Positions 1 through 8,948 of a stretch of DNA of 57,744 nt are shown here, in pieces. Origin of the DNA: Nanobdellota archaeon (GTDB taxonomy: Archaea > Nanobdellota > Nanobdellia > Parvarchaeales > Parvarchaeaceae); the NCBI GenBank assembly GCA_021817165.1, contig JAKAVT010000005.1, forward strand, positions 1 through 57,744, read 5' to 3'. The notes under the pieces were generated by a model that worked only from the letters and a program-made list of their open reading frames with translations, searched no databases and was not told the origin of the DNA. Each line of letters opens with the position of its first letter. Position 1 is the first letter of the stretch. A program made the position numbers and the translations under genes.

Positions 1-1
1 A

Positions 2-2368
2 GTAACTTATGATGGGGTCGTAAACTTTTCAAATACCTCGCATATAAACATCTCAACATTGAAAGGAAATTACTCTTTCATAATTTCATCGCCATACAAT
101 GAAACAGCTGGCTGCAAAACGATTTACACGGCAAATCCAAAAACAGGAATGTTAGAAGCAGGCACTTCTTTGAATGTATCCTATAATTCGACTTTGTACT
201 GCCAAGAAAACTTCACCGAAACCGGCCTCCCGACTGGTTCGGACTGGGCTGTGAAATACGATGGCATTATAAACGATTCTTATTCTACACTGATACGTTT
301 CCTGGTTCCGGTAGGCAGCCATTCTTACAGTGTTCCGAATACCCTGGTTTTGGTATCAGGTTGTTCTCTGACTTATTCTCCCTCTCCAGGCAGCGGAACC
401 GCAAAGACAAATTCAACCGTTCCCATTTCCTTTTCACTGTATTCAGAAGTATGTCCGACTAAATTCACAGAAAGTAGCTTGCCGTCAAATACAAACTGGT
501 CTGTGACTTATGATAACCAGTTAAAGTCTTCGGATTTTTCCACCATATCATTCTATGAACTCAATGGCAGCTATTCATTTTCCGTTGGTTCTGCCCATTC
601 AAGCACTTCCGTTTGCAACATTACATATAATCCTTCTCCAGGCAGCGGAACCGCAAAGACAAATTCAACAGTTTCAATTTCCTTTTCAATATCTTCGGAA
701 ACATGCATTACTACATTCACAGAGACAGGTTTGCCTGTAAATACAACCTGGAAAATGGCTTACAATGGCCTGAATAAATCGACTAATTCTACGGCTATTT
801 CCTATTCCGATTTAAACGGCAGCTATGCATTCTCTGTAAAATCCGTGCTTATAGTAGGCTCACTTTGCAACACAACTTATACTCCTTCACCAAAGAATGG
901 AACTGCAGTAACCGGTTCATCGGTTTCAATAACCTATGGCCATTCTACGACATGCAAGGAATTCACTACTACTTTCAATGAAACAGGCTTGCCAAAAGGA
1001 ACTAACTGGTCTGTAACATACAACAATGTCACGAATTATTCAACCACACAGTATATAACTTTCCTGGATTTATCAGGTAATTATTCATATAATATATCGA
1101 CTTCTTCATCCACCGTTCCTGGATGTACACCTGCCACTTATAGCCCTTCACCTCAAAACGGAATTGTAAAAGCCAGTTCAAATGTTTCAGTTTCGTATAC
1201 CTCCCCAGGAGTAGTGTGCACAACTAAGTTTACAGCTTATAATCTTCCTAAAGGGGCGTTCTGGAACGTTACTTACAATGGAGTAACCGAATCTTCAACC
1301 AACAATACTATAGCATTCAAAGAATCCACCCCCGATCTGTTCTCTTATAAGATACCGAATCAATTGTTCTACAGCCAGCAGGGTTACTGTGGTTTGAGAA
1401 GTTATTATCTTAGGAATATTTCAAGTGGGCAAGCTTACGGTGGAACTAACGTTTCGGTCTCATTTCTAACTTCTTCAGGTTGCACATATGCATATGTTGC
1501 AAATTATGGTTCTAATACTGTTTCCGTAATAAATGGTACTTCCGTAATAGCCAATATCAGTGTGGGCGTGGAACCTTACAGCGTTGCAATAACTCCAAAT
1601 GGCGAGTTTGCATACGTATCCGATAGCCCGGAAGATGCCGTTTACGTAATTAATACTTCCTCAAATAAGGTTGTGACAGAAATAACCGGCTTACATGCTC
1701 CCATTGGCATGGCTATAACTCCAAATGGAAATTTCGGTTATATTCTTGAATCTGGATATAACTATTTAGAAGTAATAAATGTATCATCTAATTCATTAAT
1801 TTATCAAATACCTGGGTTCTCATCTCCAAATGGCATAGCAATAACACCTAATGGTAAGCTAGCCTACGTTACAAACTACAATTCCAACAATGTCTCTGTA
1901 GTTAATCTTACAACTAATTCCGTTATCTCATCGTTTAATGTTAGTTCCGAACCTTACGGTATAGCAATAAACCCTAACAGTAAGATAGCTTATGTTGCAG
2001 ATTACTACGCATTTGAAATTTCAGTGGCAAATCTGTCATCTAATTCCTTAATCAGAAATTTAAAATCAAAGTATACTCCTATTGGCATAGCAATAACACC
2101 TAATGGTAAGCTAGCCTACGTTACAAACTACAATTCCAACAACGTTTCCATAATAAATACAACTACAAATTTTGGTTTATCTGAAATTGATATAGGAGAA
2201 AAATCTTATGGCATAGCAATAACACCGAATGGCAAGTTAGCTTATATATCAGATTACAATTCAAATATGGTTTCGCTTATAAATTTGACTTCAGATTCTT
2301 TAATAACTAATATAGCCGTTGGATCTTCACCTTTAGGAATATCAATGTCGTATGGTATGTCCACCTAG
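2..2368 (+). CDS. Large surface/adhesin-like protein (5'-truncated by the window): ~84-aa Ser/Thr-rich Ig-like repeats plus C-terminal YVTN beta-propeller
   Basis: Frame is open from base 2 (VTYDGVVNFSNTSHINISTLKGNY...). Repeated F.ETGLP.GT.W.V.Y motif resembles the repeats of acidophile thermopsin-like surface proteins. Repeated P.GIAITPNGKLAYVTNYNSNNVSVI blades; many N-x-S/T sequons. Confidence 0.85.
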   Translation, partial: VTYDGVVNFSNTSHINISTLKGNYSFIISSPYNETAGCKTIYTANPKTGMLEAGTSLNVSYNSTLYCQENFTETGLPTGSDWAVKYDGIINDSYSTLIRFLVPVGSHSYSVPNTLVLVSGCSLTYSPSPGSGTAKTNSTVPISFSLYSEVCPTKFTESSLPSNTNWSVTYDNQLKSSDFSTISFYELNGSYSFSVGSAHSSTSVCNITYNPSPGSGTAKTNSTVSISFSISSETCITTFTETGLPVNTTWKMAYNGLNKSTNSTAISYSDLNGSYAFSVKSVLIVGSLCNTTYTPSPKNGTAVTGSSVSITYGHSTTCKEFTTTFNETGLPKGTNWSVTYNNVTNYSTTQYITFLDLSGNYSYNISTSSSTVPGCTPATYSPSPQNGIVKASSNVSVSYTSPGVVCTTKFTAYNLPKGAFWNVTYNGVTESSTNNTIAFKESTPDLFSYKIPNQLFYSQQGYCGLRSYYLRNISSGQAYGGTNVSVSFLTSSGCTYAYVANYGSNTVSVINGTSVIANISVGVEPYSVAITPNGEFAYVSDSPEDAVYVINTSSNKVVTEITGLHAPIGMAITPNGNFGYILESGYNYLEVINVSSNSLIYQIPGFSSPNGIAITPNGKLAYVTNYNSNNVSVVNLTTNSVISSFNVSSEPYGIAINPNSKIAYVADYYAFEISVANLSSNSLIRNLKSKYTPIGIAITPNGKLAYVTNYNSNNVSIINTTTNFGLSEIDIGEKSYGIAITPNGKLAYISDYNSNMVSLINLTSDSLITNIAVGSSPLGISMSYGMST
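383..669 (+). repeat. 35-bp identical direct repeat within the Ig-like repeats (383-417 and 635-669)
   Basis: TCTCCAGGCAGCGGAACCGCAAAGACAAATTCAAC occurs twice, 252 bp apart. Confidence 0.9.
1831..2142 (+). repeat. 60-bp identical direct repeat in propeller blades (1831-1890 and 2083-2142)
   Basis: TGGCATAGCAATAACACCTAATGGTAAGCTAGCCTACGTTACAAACTACAATTCCAACAA occurs twice, 252 bp apart. Confidence 0.9.
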
Positions 2369-2394
2369 ATTGCTTGTTATTGAATTAAAACAAA

Positions 2395-2403
2395 GTTTAA
2401 ATA
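2395..2403 (+). promoter_or_regulatory. TATA box of pilin 1 (leaderless); same element at 3008-3016 for pilin 2
   Basis: GTTTAAATA begins exactly 30 nt before the ATG of both pilin genes and is preceded by an A-rich BRE-like sequence. Confidence 0.65.
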
Positions 2404-2424
2404 TGCTCATATCTTATTATAAGT

Positions 2425-2907
2425 ATGGTAAAAGGACAGTCAGCATTGGAATATATGATGACTTATGGTTGGGCAATACTGATCATAGTCATCGTAGCTG
2501 TAATCCTGTACTCTATGGGTATTTTCAACCCTAGAGCAAGTGTAACCGCAAGCAGCAGTGGGTTCAGTCCATTCGCAGTAAGTGCAGCTGTATGTAGTAA
2601 TAGTGGTTTGGTAGTAGCCTTCACAACTGGAGGTTTGCCAAATGGGGCTACAAGTGTAAGCTTAAAAGAGTTATACTTAAGCTCTGCAACTGGAATGAGT
2701 GGTAGTTCTGCGACAACTACCGGTTTCAGTGCTCTTTCTGTAGCATCCGGAAGTAGCTTTACAGCAACTGTTGCCGCCGCTAGTCTTAACTGCACAACTT
2801 CGGGAATTCCCTTTACTGCAAGTGGAGCTTTAGAGTATAAATACACTACCGCAGCAGGTCCTGTGACTACAAATGCTACGGGTACAATAGCAGGAACAAG
2901 CAGCTAA
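2425..2907 (+). CDS. Type IV pilin-like protein with class III signal peptide (copy 1)
   Basis: N-terminus MVKG|QSALEYMMTYGWAILIIVIV: basic residue, G|Q cleavage site, E at +5, hydrophobic helix. Confidence 0.85.
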   Translation: MVKGQSALEYMMTYGWAILIIVIVAVILYSMGIFNPRASVTASSSGFSPFAVSAAVCSNSGLVVAFTTGGLPNGATSVSLKELYLSSATGMSGSSATTTGFSALSVASGSSFTATVAAASLNCTTSGIPFTASGALEYKYTTAAGPVTTNATGTIAGTSS

Positions 2908-2917
2908 AAATGATTTG

Positions 2918-2940
2918 ATTTTTTTATTTTTTTTATTTTA
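2918..2940 (+). terminator. Oligo-T archaeal terminator after pilin 1 (duplicated after pilin 2, ~3555-3580)
   Basis: T7-A-T8 tracts directly after the stop codon. Confidence 0.6.
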
Positions 2941-3037
2941 AAAGATATTCATTAAAGAAGAATCTACTAATTTTTCTCGTTTAATAGCACATTAAATTGA
3001 AATCTAAGTTTAAATACCTTTGTTTCTTTATATACTT

Positions 3038-3544
3038 ATGGTAAAAGGACAGTCAGCATTGGAATATATGATGACTTATGGTTGGGCAATACTGATCATA
3101 GTCATCGTAGCTGTAATCCTGTACTCTATGGGTATTTTCAACCCTAGAACAAGTGTAACCGCAAGCAGCAGTGGGTTCAGTCCATTCGCAGTAAGTGCAG
3201 CTGTATGTAACAGTAGTAGTTTGAATGTAGCCTTCACAACTGGAGGTTTGCCAAATGGGGCTACAAGTGTAAAATTAGAAGGTCTCTATCTAAGTTCAAT
3301 GAGTGGAGTTGCGGATATAGCATCTCCTACGACTACACAGTTAGAGCAACCATATACATCGACGAGTTTCTCTGCAGAGTCAGTAGCATCTGGTGAAGCT
3401 TTTACTGTTTATACCACATCTGTTGGCTGTAGTACAAGCGGGACTCCATTTACTGCAAGTGGAGCTTTAGAGTATAAATACACTACCGCAGCAGGTCCTG
3501 TGACTACAAATGCTACGGGTACAATAGCAGGAACAAGCAGCTAA
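3038..3544 (+). CDS. Type IV pilin-like protein with class III signal peptide (copy 2)
   Basis: Same N-terminus as copy 1. ATG at 3038 is preferred over the ORF-track start at 3020 because it aligns with copy 1 and with the TATA spacing. Confidence 0.85.
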   Translation: MVKGQSALEYMMTYGWAILIIVIVAVILYSMGIFNPRTSVTASSSGFSPFAVSAAVCNSSSLNVAFTTGGLPNGATSVKLEGLYLSSMSGVADIASPTTTQLEQPYTSTSFSAESVASGEAFTVYTTSVGCSTSGTPFTASGALEYKYTTAAGPVTTNATGTIAGTSS

Positions 3545-3689
3545 AAATGATTTGATTTTTTTATTTTTTCTTTTCGTTTTTAAAAATTTATTGTTTACAA
3601 ATTTTTCTAATGTTTAAATATAATGTACAGAAAAATAATAGTTAAAAAGAGAAATTAAAGTTTTTAATATTGCTAATATTAACTATTGT

Positions 3690-4187
3690 ATGAAGAAAGC
3701 AGTCTATGCCGGCAGCTTTGATCCTATAACAATAGGACATGAATGGGTAATTAGAAAAGCCGCATCCTTATTCGATGAATTAGTAGTTGCAGTAGGAGAG
3801 AATCAGCAGAAAAAAGAGGATTTTTCACTGGAGGAAAAGAAGAAAATGCTTGCATCTGTAATAAAAGACTATAAAAACATTAAAATAGACTCGTTCAAGG
3901 GAGAATTTCTGGTCGATTATGCGATGAGGATAAAAGCTTCCTACATAATAAGAGGGATAAGGACGGAAACCGATTTAGAGTATGAAAAAGGGATACAATA
4001 TATAAACAGCAGATTGAATGAAGACATAACGACTATTTTTCTTATACCACCAGAGGATCTGTCAGTCGTAAGCTCCAGTTTGGTAAGAAGCTTAGTAGGA
4101 AGCAAAGGATGGGAAATAGCCGTAAAGAGATTCCTTCCGAACGAAGAATGCTATAAGATATTCGTAAAGCATTATCAGAATGCCTGA
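3690..4187 (+). CDS. coaD: Pantetheine-phosphate adenylyltransferase (bacterial-type)
   Basis: AVYAGSFDPITIGH, IIRGIRTETDLEYE and VSSSLVR motifs. Confidence 0.9.
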   Translation: MKKAVYAGSFDPITIGHEWVIRKAASLFDELVVAVGENQQKKEDFSLEEKKKMLASVIKDYKNIKIDSFKGEFLVDYAMRIKASYIIRGIRTETDLEYEKGIQYINSRLNEDITTIFLIPPEDLSVVSSSLVRSLVGSKGWEIAVKRFLPNEECYKIFVKHYQNA

Positions 4188-4400
4188 AAGAGTTAGGTTT
4201 TAAACGTCAAATATAATAAATCTCATACAAAGCCAGATTTCTGGATAGGCAAGCTAGTTCCAATAGGCTATCCAGCCTCTTTTTATAATCGAAATGATAT
4301 CCATTGCAAACCTTTTTACAGATAAGATGGGTTTTTATGTTCATAGCTTAGTTATTGCGAATAGAAAAGCTTAATAGCAAGTACACATCTTAAATAATTA

Positions 4401-5138
4401 ATGCTTACTGAGAGCAGAATGGATTTTAAGGGAGTGGTGTTTGATTTTGATAACACCTTAGTTGACACAAAAACTACGATTAATGAAGCGTACGAAAAAG
4501 TATTCTCTGAAATAGCGGAAAAATTCAATGTAGACAAAGCAAAGCTAATCTCCGAAGCAAATCGGTTCCAAGAAGAAAAGATGAAGGAGTTAGCGCAGTC
4601 TAAATCATCATATAATCATGCGGACTGGATACCTTTGATAGCAGAGGGAGCATCAATAAAATTGAATGAAAAAGAAAAGGAACATTACAAGCAAATTTTC
4701 TACTCCCACGTTCTAAACAATCAAAAATTTTCTGATAAAACGGAGGGGTTGCTTAAAGAACTGAAAAGAGAGGGCAAGAAGCTGGCTCTTTTGAGCGAAA
4801 GGGATTCCGTAGAGGGGTTAAAAGCCGAAAGGATAAACAAGGTTCCTTTTCGCGGTTATTTTGACGTTGTAGTCATAGCCGGAGAAACTGTGCCTTTCAC
4901 CAAATCAAAAGACGGGATAAAGCCGTTTGTAGAAACCGCGAAGCTTTTGGGCTTTGGAACAAATGACATAGTTATGATAGGCGATAGACTGGACTTAGAC
5001 ATACAAAACGCAAAGGAATCAGGAATGAAAACTGTTCTTTTTACCGGCTATGCAAAGTCGCAGGAAAAAGGCAAGTACGAGCCTGACTTAGTAATAAGCG
5101 ACATTTCCGAATTTGGAAGGCTGCTGAGAAAAAAATAA
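4401..5138 (+). CDS. HAD-family hydrolase (alternative start 4419)
   Basis: FDFDNTLVD motif I; MIGDRLDLDI motif IV. Confidence 0.85.
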   Translation: MLTESRMDFKGVVFDFDNTLVDTKTTINEAYEKVFSEIAEKFNVDKAKLISEANRFQEEKMKELAQSKSSYNHADWIPLIAEGASIKLNEKEKEHYKQIFYSHVLNNQKFSDKTEGLLKELKREGKKLALLSERDSVEGLKAERINKVPFRGYFDVVVIAGETVPFTKSKDGIKPFVETAKLLGFGTNDIVMIGDRLDLDIQNAKESGMKTVLFTGYAKSQEKGKYEPDLVISDISEFGRLLRKK

Positions 5139-5177
5139 AGAGCGAAATGCGTTTTAAACAGCAAGTTTGGTGCTACA

Positions 5178-6425
5178 TTATCCTGCATATGGAAGCAGCC
5201 GATGGAAAGAATATCCTGCTAGCAATATTAAAACGGCGGCAAACATTATTGCCGAAGAAGATAAGAACACTAAAAAGATATTAGAACCGTAATCAAACAG
5301 TCCGTTTCCCAATATCGGTCCAAGGCCGAAGGCTATTGGCTGCAGAGCGTTATAAATGCTTATGTATTTAACCCTTTTGACATCTGTGTTATTAAGCATT
5401 TCATTGAATATTGCAAGCGTAACTCCCCCTCCAAATACTCCCATAAAGACCGCTGGAATCAAAAGCAGATATACACTTTTTATGGCAAACCAGACGAATG
5501 GCATAATGCCAAGTACGATACCGGAAAGGATAATCGCACGTGCTGCGGAATATTTTAAGATGAATTTTCCCCAGTATATCTGAGTGGAGATTGTTGACAA
5601 TGCTATAATCAAGAATATAATGCTGAACCACTCGTTTCCAGCATTGAGAAACCGGTTACCAACTATGTACAGCGAAAAGTAAGGCTGGCTCATCTCATAA
5701 CCTAAAAACCAGATAAAAACGAAAAGCATGAAATGTGAAAAACGTTTTATCGTTTTTACTGTTTGATAGTTTTTTCTCTTTTCAATTGGATAATTCGGTA
5801 TGCTTCTCATAACCAGAAGTGACGCCATGGAAAACACGAAGCCTACTAAGAATACTATCAAAAAGCTGTAAATTTTTGCATTTTCTGTAAAGTAAAATAT
5901 CAAAAGTGCCAGGATGTAACCTAACAGGCCGAATATCCCCATCATGAAATTCCTAAATGAAAAATATGCTGGTCTATGCTTCTTTTTGATTAGACTTGGG
6001 ACCCATAGTGTCCAGGTGGTACCTGAGAAATAAGCAAAGAAAAACCTTAATGAAAGCAATGTTATTATCAGATAAACCAAGAAGGAATAACCCTCAAACA
6101 ATGACAGCAGTGCAAGTGGTATCCATATAAATCTATCCAGAAAAGTTATCATTACAGTAAGATTCCTTATGTTTTTAGTCCTTTCACTGTATCTGTATGC
6201 AAATAGCTGGGCTATTGGGGTTATAAGCACAGGAATTCCCGTTATTAATCCTATTGGTGCGTTTGAACCTATAAGAAAAACAACGAATGGAACTATGTAA
6301 GGAGTGGTCATGTTTGAATATACCGACCATAAAGAGCCATCGGTTATGGAAAGGTTCATTGCAGCCTTCTCTTTCGAACCTCTCGGTAAAAAATATTCTT
6401 TTAGTGTCTTTTTAAAGTTCAGCAT
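5178..6425 (-). CDS. MFS transporter
   Basis: About 12 hydrophobic segments in two halves. First ATG at 6425; the ORF track extends to 6443. Confidence 0.8.
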   Translation of the reverse strand: MLNFKKTLKEYFLPRGSKEKAAMNLSITDGSLWSVYSNMTTPYIVPFVVFLIGSNAPIGLITGIPVLITPIAQLFAYRYSERTKNIRNLTVMITFLDRFIWIPLALLSLFEGYSFLVYLIITLLSLRFFFAYFSGTTWTLWVPSLIKKKHRPAYFSFRNFMMGIFGLLGYILALLIFYFTENAKIYSFLIVFLVGFVFSMASLLVMRSIPNYPIEKRKNYQTVKTIKRFSHFMLFVFIWFLGYEMSQPYFSLYIVGNRFLNAGNEWFSIIFLIIALSTISTQIYWGKFILKYSAARAIILSGIVLGIMPFVWFAIKSVYLLLIPAVFMGVFGGGVTLAIFNEMLNNTDVKRVKYISIYNALQPIAFGLGPILGNGLFDYGSNIFLVFLSSSAIMFAAVLILLAGYSFHRLLPYAG

Positions 6426-6488
6426 AATAATATTACTAAACAAACGAGAATAAATAGCGGAAGTAATAAGCTATTTTTGCTGTAACAT

Positions 6489-7478
6489 TTATAATTCTAT
6501 TATAATTCTTCCGTCTTTTTCTTTGCTGCTATTCTTCTTAAATGCTTCCTTTGTTTCCTGAAAATCGAATTTTTTCCAGATTTTTATCTTTAAATCTTTG
6601 GATTTATTTACCACTTCGGAAAATTGTTTAACTGAGCCACCTGTTGCTCCCAGTATACTAAGCTGCTTAGAGTATAGCTGTGAAATATCTATTTTAGCGT
6701 TACTCCCTGTTTCCGTTCCAAATGCAACCATTCTGCCGTTTTTACTCAAAAGTGAATAGCCTAAATCCCAGAATTTTTCCCCGATTGATTCTATAACTAC
6801 ATCTGCCATATGCGAGTTAGTTATCTTTCTTACTTCTTCCAATGCATTTTCGTATCCAATTGCATAATCTGCGCCAAAATCTTTAACCCAATTCTTGCTT
6901 GAAATTGCAATTGTTTTTGCGCCCAGCATTTTGGCAAATTGGAGTGCAAATACACCGGTATTACCAGATGCGCCAATTACGACAACAAATTCGTTTTTCT
7001 GCACTTTTGCTCTTTCCAAAGCATTGTAAGAGGTAAGTGCAGCCACAGGTAAACTTGCGGCTAATTCAAAATTTACAGAATCCGGCAGCTTGAATACATT
7101 CTTTTCATCTAAAGCAATATACTCTGCTAACCCACCGTTCGATCCTATGCTAAATATATATCCATTATCACAAAGCATTTCATTTCCGCTTTTACAGTAA
7201 GAACATGTGCCGTCAAAGTATCTGTTATAAACGCTTACTCTATCCCCTTTCTTTAATTCCTTTACGCCTTCTCCGACTTCCTCTACCTTCCCAGCAAATT
7301 CCGCCCCGGGTATTTTTTCCGAATTTACAGGTATCAAATCTATCACCATAGAATCAACCGGATTTAATCCAACTGCCATTACTTTTATAAGTACCTGTCC
7401 TGCTTTAACTTCAGGTTTTTCGACTTCCTTTAAATTTAAATTATCTATTCCGTTTTTGTTCAGAACCCATGCTTTCAT
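6489..7478 (-). CDS. MDR-family (zinc-binding alcohol dehydrogenase/quinone oxidoreductase-like) protein
   Basis: GLNPVD and PGAEFAG (catalytic Zn ligands substituted), CSYC...C structural Zn residues, GASGNTG Rossmann motif. Confidence 0.85.
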   Translation of the reverse strand: MKAWVLNKNGIDNLNLKEVEKPEVKAGQVLIKVMAVGLNPVDSMVIDLIPVNSEKIPGAEFAGKVEEVGEGVKELKKGDRVSVYNRYFDGTCSYCKSGNEMLCDNGYIFSIGSNGGLAEYIALDEKNVFKLPDSVNFELAASLPVAALTSYNALERAKVQKNEFVVVIGASGNTGVFALQFAKMLGAKTIAISSKNWVKDFGADYAIGYENALEEVRKITNSHMADVVIESIGEKFWDLGYSLLSKNGRMVAFGTETGSNAKIDISQLYSKQLSILGATGGSVKQFSEVVNKSKDLKIKIWKKFDFQETKEAFKKNSSKEKDGRIIIEL

Positions 7479-7600
7479 ATCGTATAAGATATACGTTATT
7501 ATATAAAAGCTTTTCTAGCTTTTCTAATTAAATTAATGATTTATTAAATAAGTAAAATATGTAAGCAATAACTTATTTGCGGTTGCTTTTCGTCATATAA

Positions 7601-7673
7601 TGCCCCGACCGGGATTTGAACCCGGGTTTCCGCCTCGAAAGGGCGATGTCCTTGGCCTCTAGACTATCGGGGC
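7601..7673 (-). tRNA. tRNA-Glu(TTC)
   Basis: Reverse complement GCCCCGA...TCGCC-CTTTCGA-GGCGG...GGTTCAAATCC...TCGGGGC-A folds as a cloverleaf. Confidence 0.95.
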
Positions 7674-7727
7674 ACACCTTATCTAAAAACTATTTAAACA
7701 TTTAAAGATTGGGGCGTTTAAATAAAT

Positions 7728-8948
7728 ATGCCAAACGTAACGTTTTATTTTGAGGTGCATCAGCCTTACAGGCTGAAGAGGGTGTACTCCTTCATAGAGA
7801 ACAAAGAGTTTATAGACGTAGACAAAAACAGGGAGATATTCAACAAAGTAGCTGACAAATGTTACATACCTATGACAAAACTGCTCATTGATCTAGTAAA
7901 GGAATATCCGGAGTTCAAGGTGAATTTTTCTCTTACGGGGGTTTTCATGGAGCAGGCAGAGATGTTCAGGCCGGAAGTCATACAGCTTTTCCAGGAGTTA
8001 TTTGATACCGGGAACATGGAACTGCTTGATGAGACGTATTATCATTCGCTTTCATATCTTATAGACAAAGACGAGTTCATGGAGCAGGTGAAGCAGCACA
8101 AGTCTCTAATGTACCATTACTTTAAATCCCATCCGAAAGTATTCAGGAACACCGAAGCAATGTATTCGAATGAAATAGCTGACGCTGTCTCTAAAATGGG
8201 TTACAACGGGATAATAGCCGAAGGCTGGGACAGAGTGCTCGGATGGCGTTCCCCAAACTACGTGTACACGGATCCGGGGGAAAAGATAAAAGTGCTTCTT
8301 AGAAATTACAAGCTGAGCGACGACATAGCCTTTAGGTTTTCAACGCCGACATGGAATGAGTTCCCATTGACTGCCGAAAAGTACTCTAACTGGGTGGCAA
8401 ACAACGAAGGAAGTACAGTAAACTTGTTCATGGACTACGAAACGTTTGGTGAACATCAATGGAAAGAAACAGGGATATTCGATTTCATGAGAGACCTGCC
8501 GGGTAAGCTTATAAGCAAAGGAGTAGGATTCAACAAGGTCTCGGAAGCAATAAAACAAAAGGCAGCCGGCGTTGTAGACGTTCCGTACTATCTTTCATGG
8601 GCAGACATGGATAGGGATCTGTCTGCATGGCTTGGAAATCAGATGCAGGATGCGGCCTTCAAAAAACTTAAATCGATGGAAAAAGAAGTTCTGCTTTCAG
8701 GCAGTGAGGAATTGATAAGAAGATGGAGGATACTGCAGACCTCTGACAATTTTTATTACATGTGCACTAAGTGGTTTTCCGACGGAGACATACACAAGTA
8801 CTTCAATGCTTACTCTTCTCCGTACGTAGCTTACTTGAATTACATGAACATAATCTCGCAGCTGGATTCGATGGTCAAAGCCTTTTTAAAGCTGCATCAT
8901 AAGCCTGAAGGTAAACAGGAAGGAACTTTTCCCAGCCAAACTGATTAG
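7728..8948 (+). CDS. GH57 alpha-amylase/glycoside hydrolase
   Basis: FEVHQP, ETYYHSL, FRNTE and FMDYETFGEHQW conserved GH57 regions. Confidence 0.92.
   Translation: MPNVTFYFEVHQPYRLKRVYSFIENKEFIDVDKNREIFNKVADKCYIPMTKLLIDLVKEYPEFKVNFSLTGVFMEQAEMFRPEVIQLFQELFDTGNMELLDETYYHSLSYLIDKDEFMEQVKQHKSLMYHYFKSHPKVFRNTEAMYSNEIADAVSKMGYNGIIAEGWDRVLGWRSPNYVYTDPGEKIKVLLRNYKLSDDIAFRFSTPTWNEFPLTAEKYSNWVANNEGSTVNLFMDYETFGEHQWKETGIFDFMRDLPGKLISKGVGFNKVSEAIKQKAAGVVDVPYYLSWADMDRDLSAWLGNQMQDAAFKKLKSMEKEVLLSGSEELIRRWRILQTSDNFYYMCTKWFSDGDIHKYFNAYSSPYVAYLNYMNIISQLDSMVKAFLKLHHKPEGKQEGTFPSQTD

Noticed and set aside
383-2142. Both identical repeats in the surface gene are 252 bp apart
   Set aside because: Explained by an 84-aa Ig repeat and two 42-aa blades; no evidence of a shared mechanism
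2425-3544. Pilin pair as a DGR template/variable repeat
   Set aside because: Differences are not adenine-specific (they include T/C, occur in both directions and include a length difference), and there is no reverse transcriptase in the window
4221-4285. Purine-riboswitch-like start (CTCATACAA)
   Set aside because: No complementary P1 3' strand and no conserved junction bases
4207-4344. 45-codon minus-strand ORF (MNIKTHLICKK...)
   Set aside because: No motif or clear expression signals; could be chance
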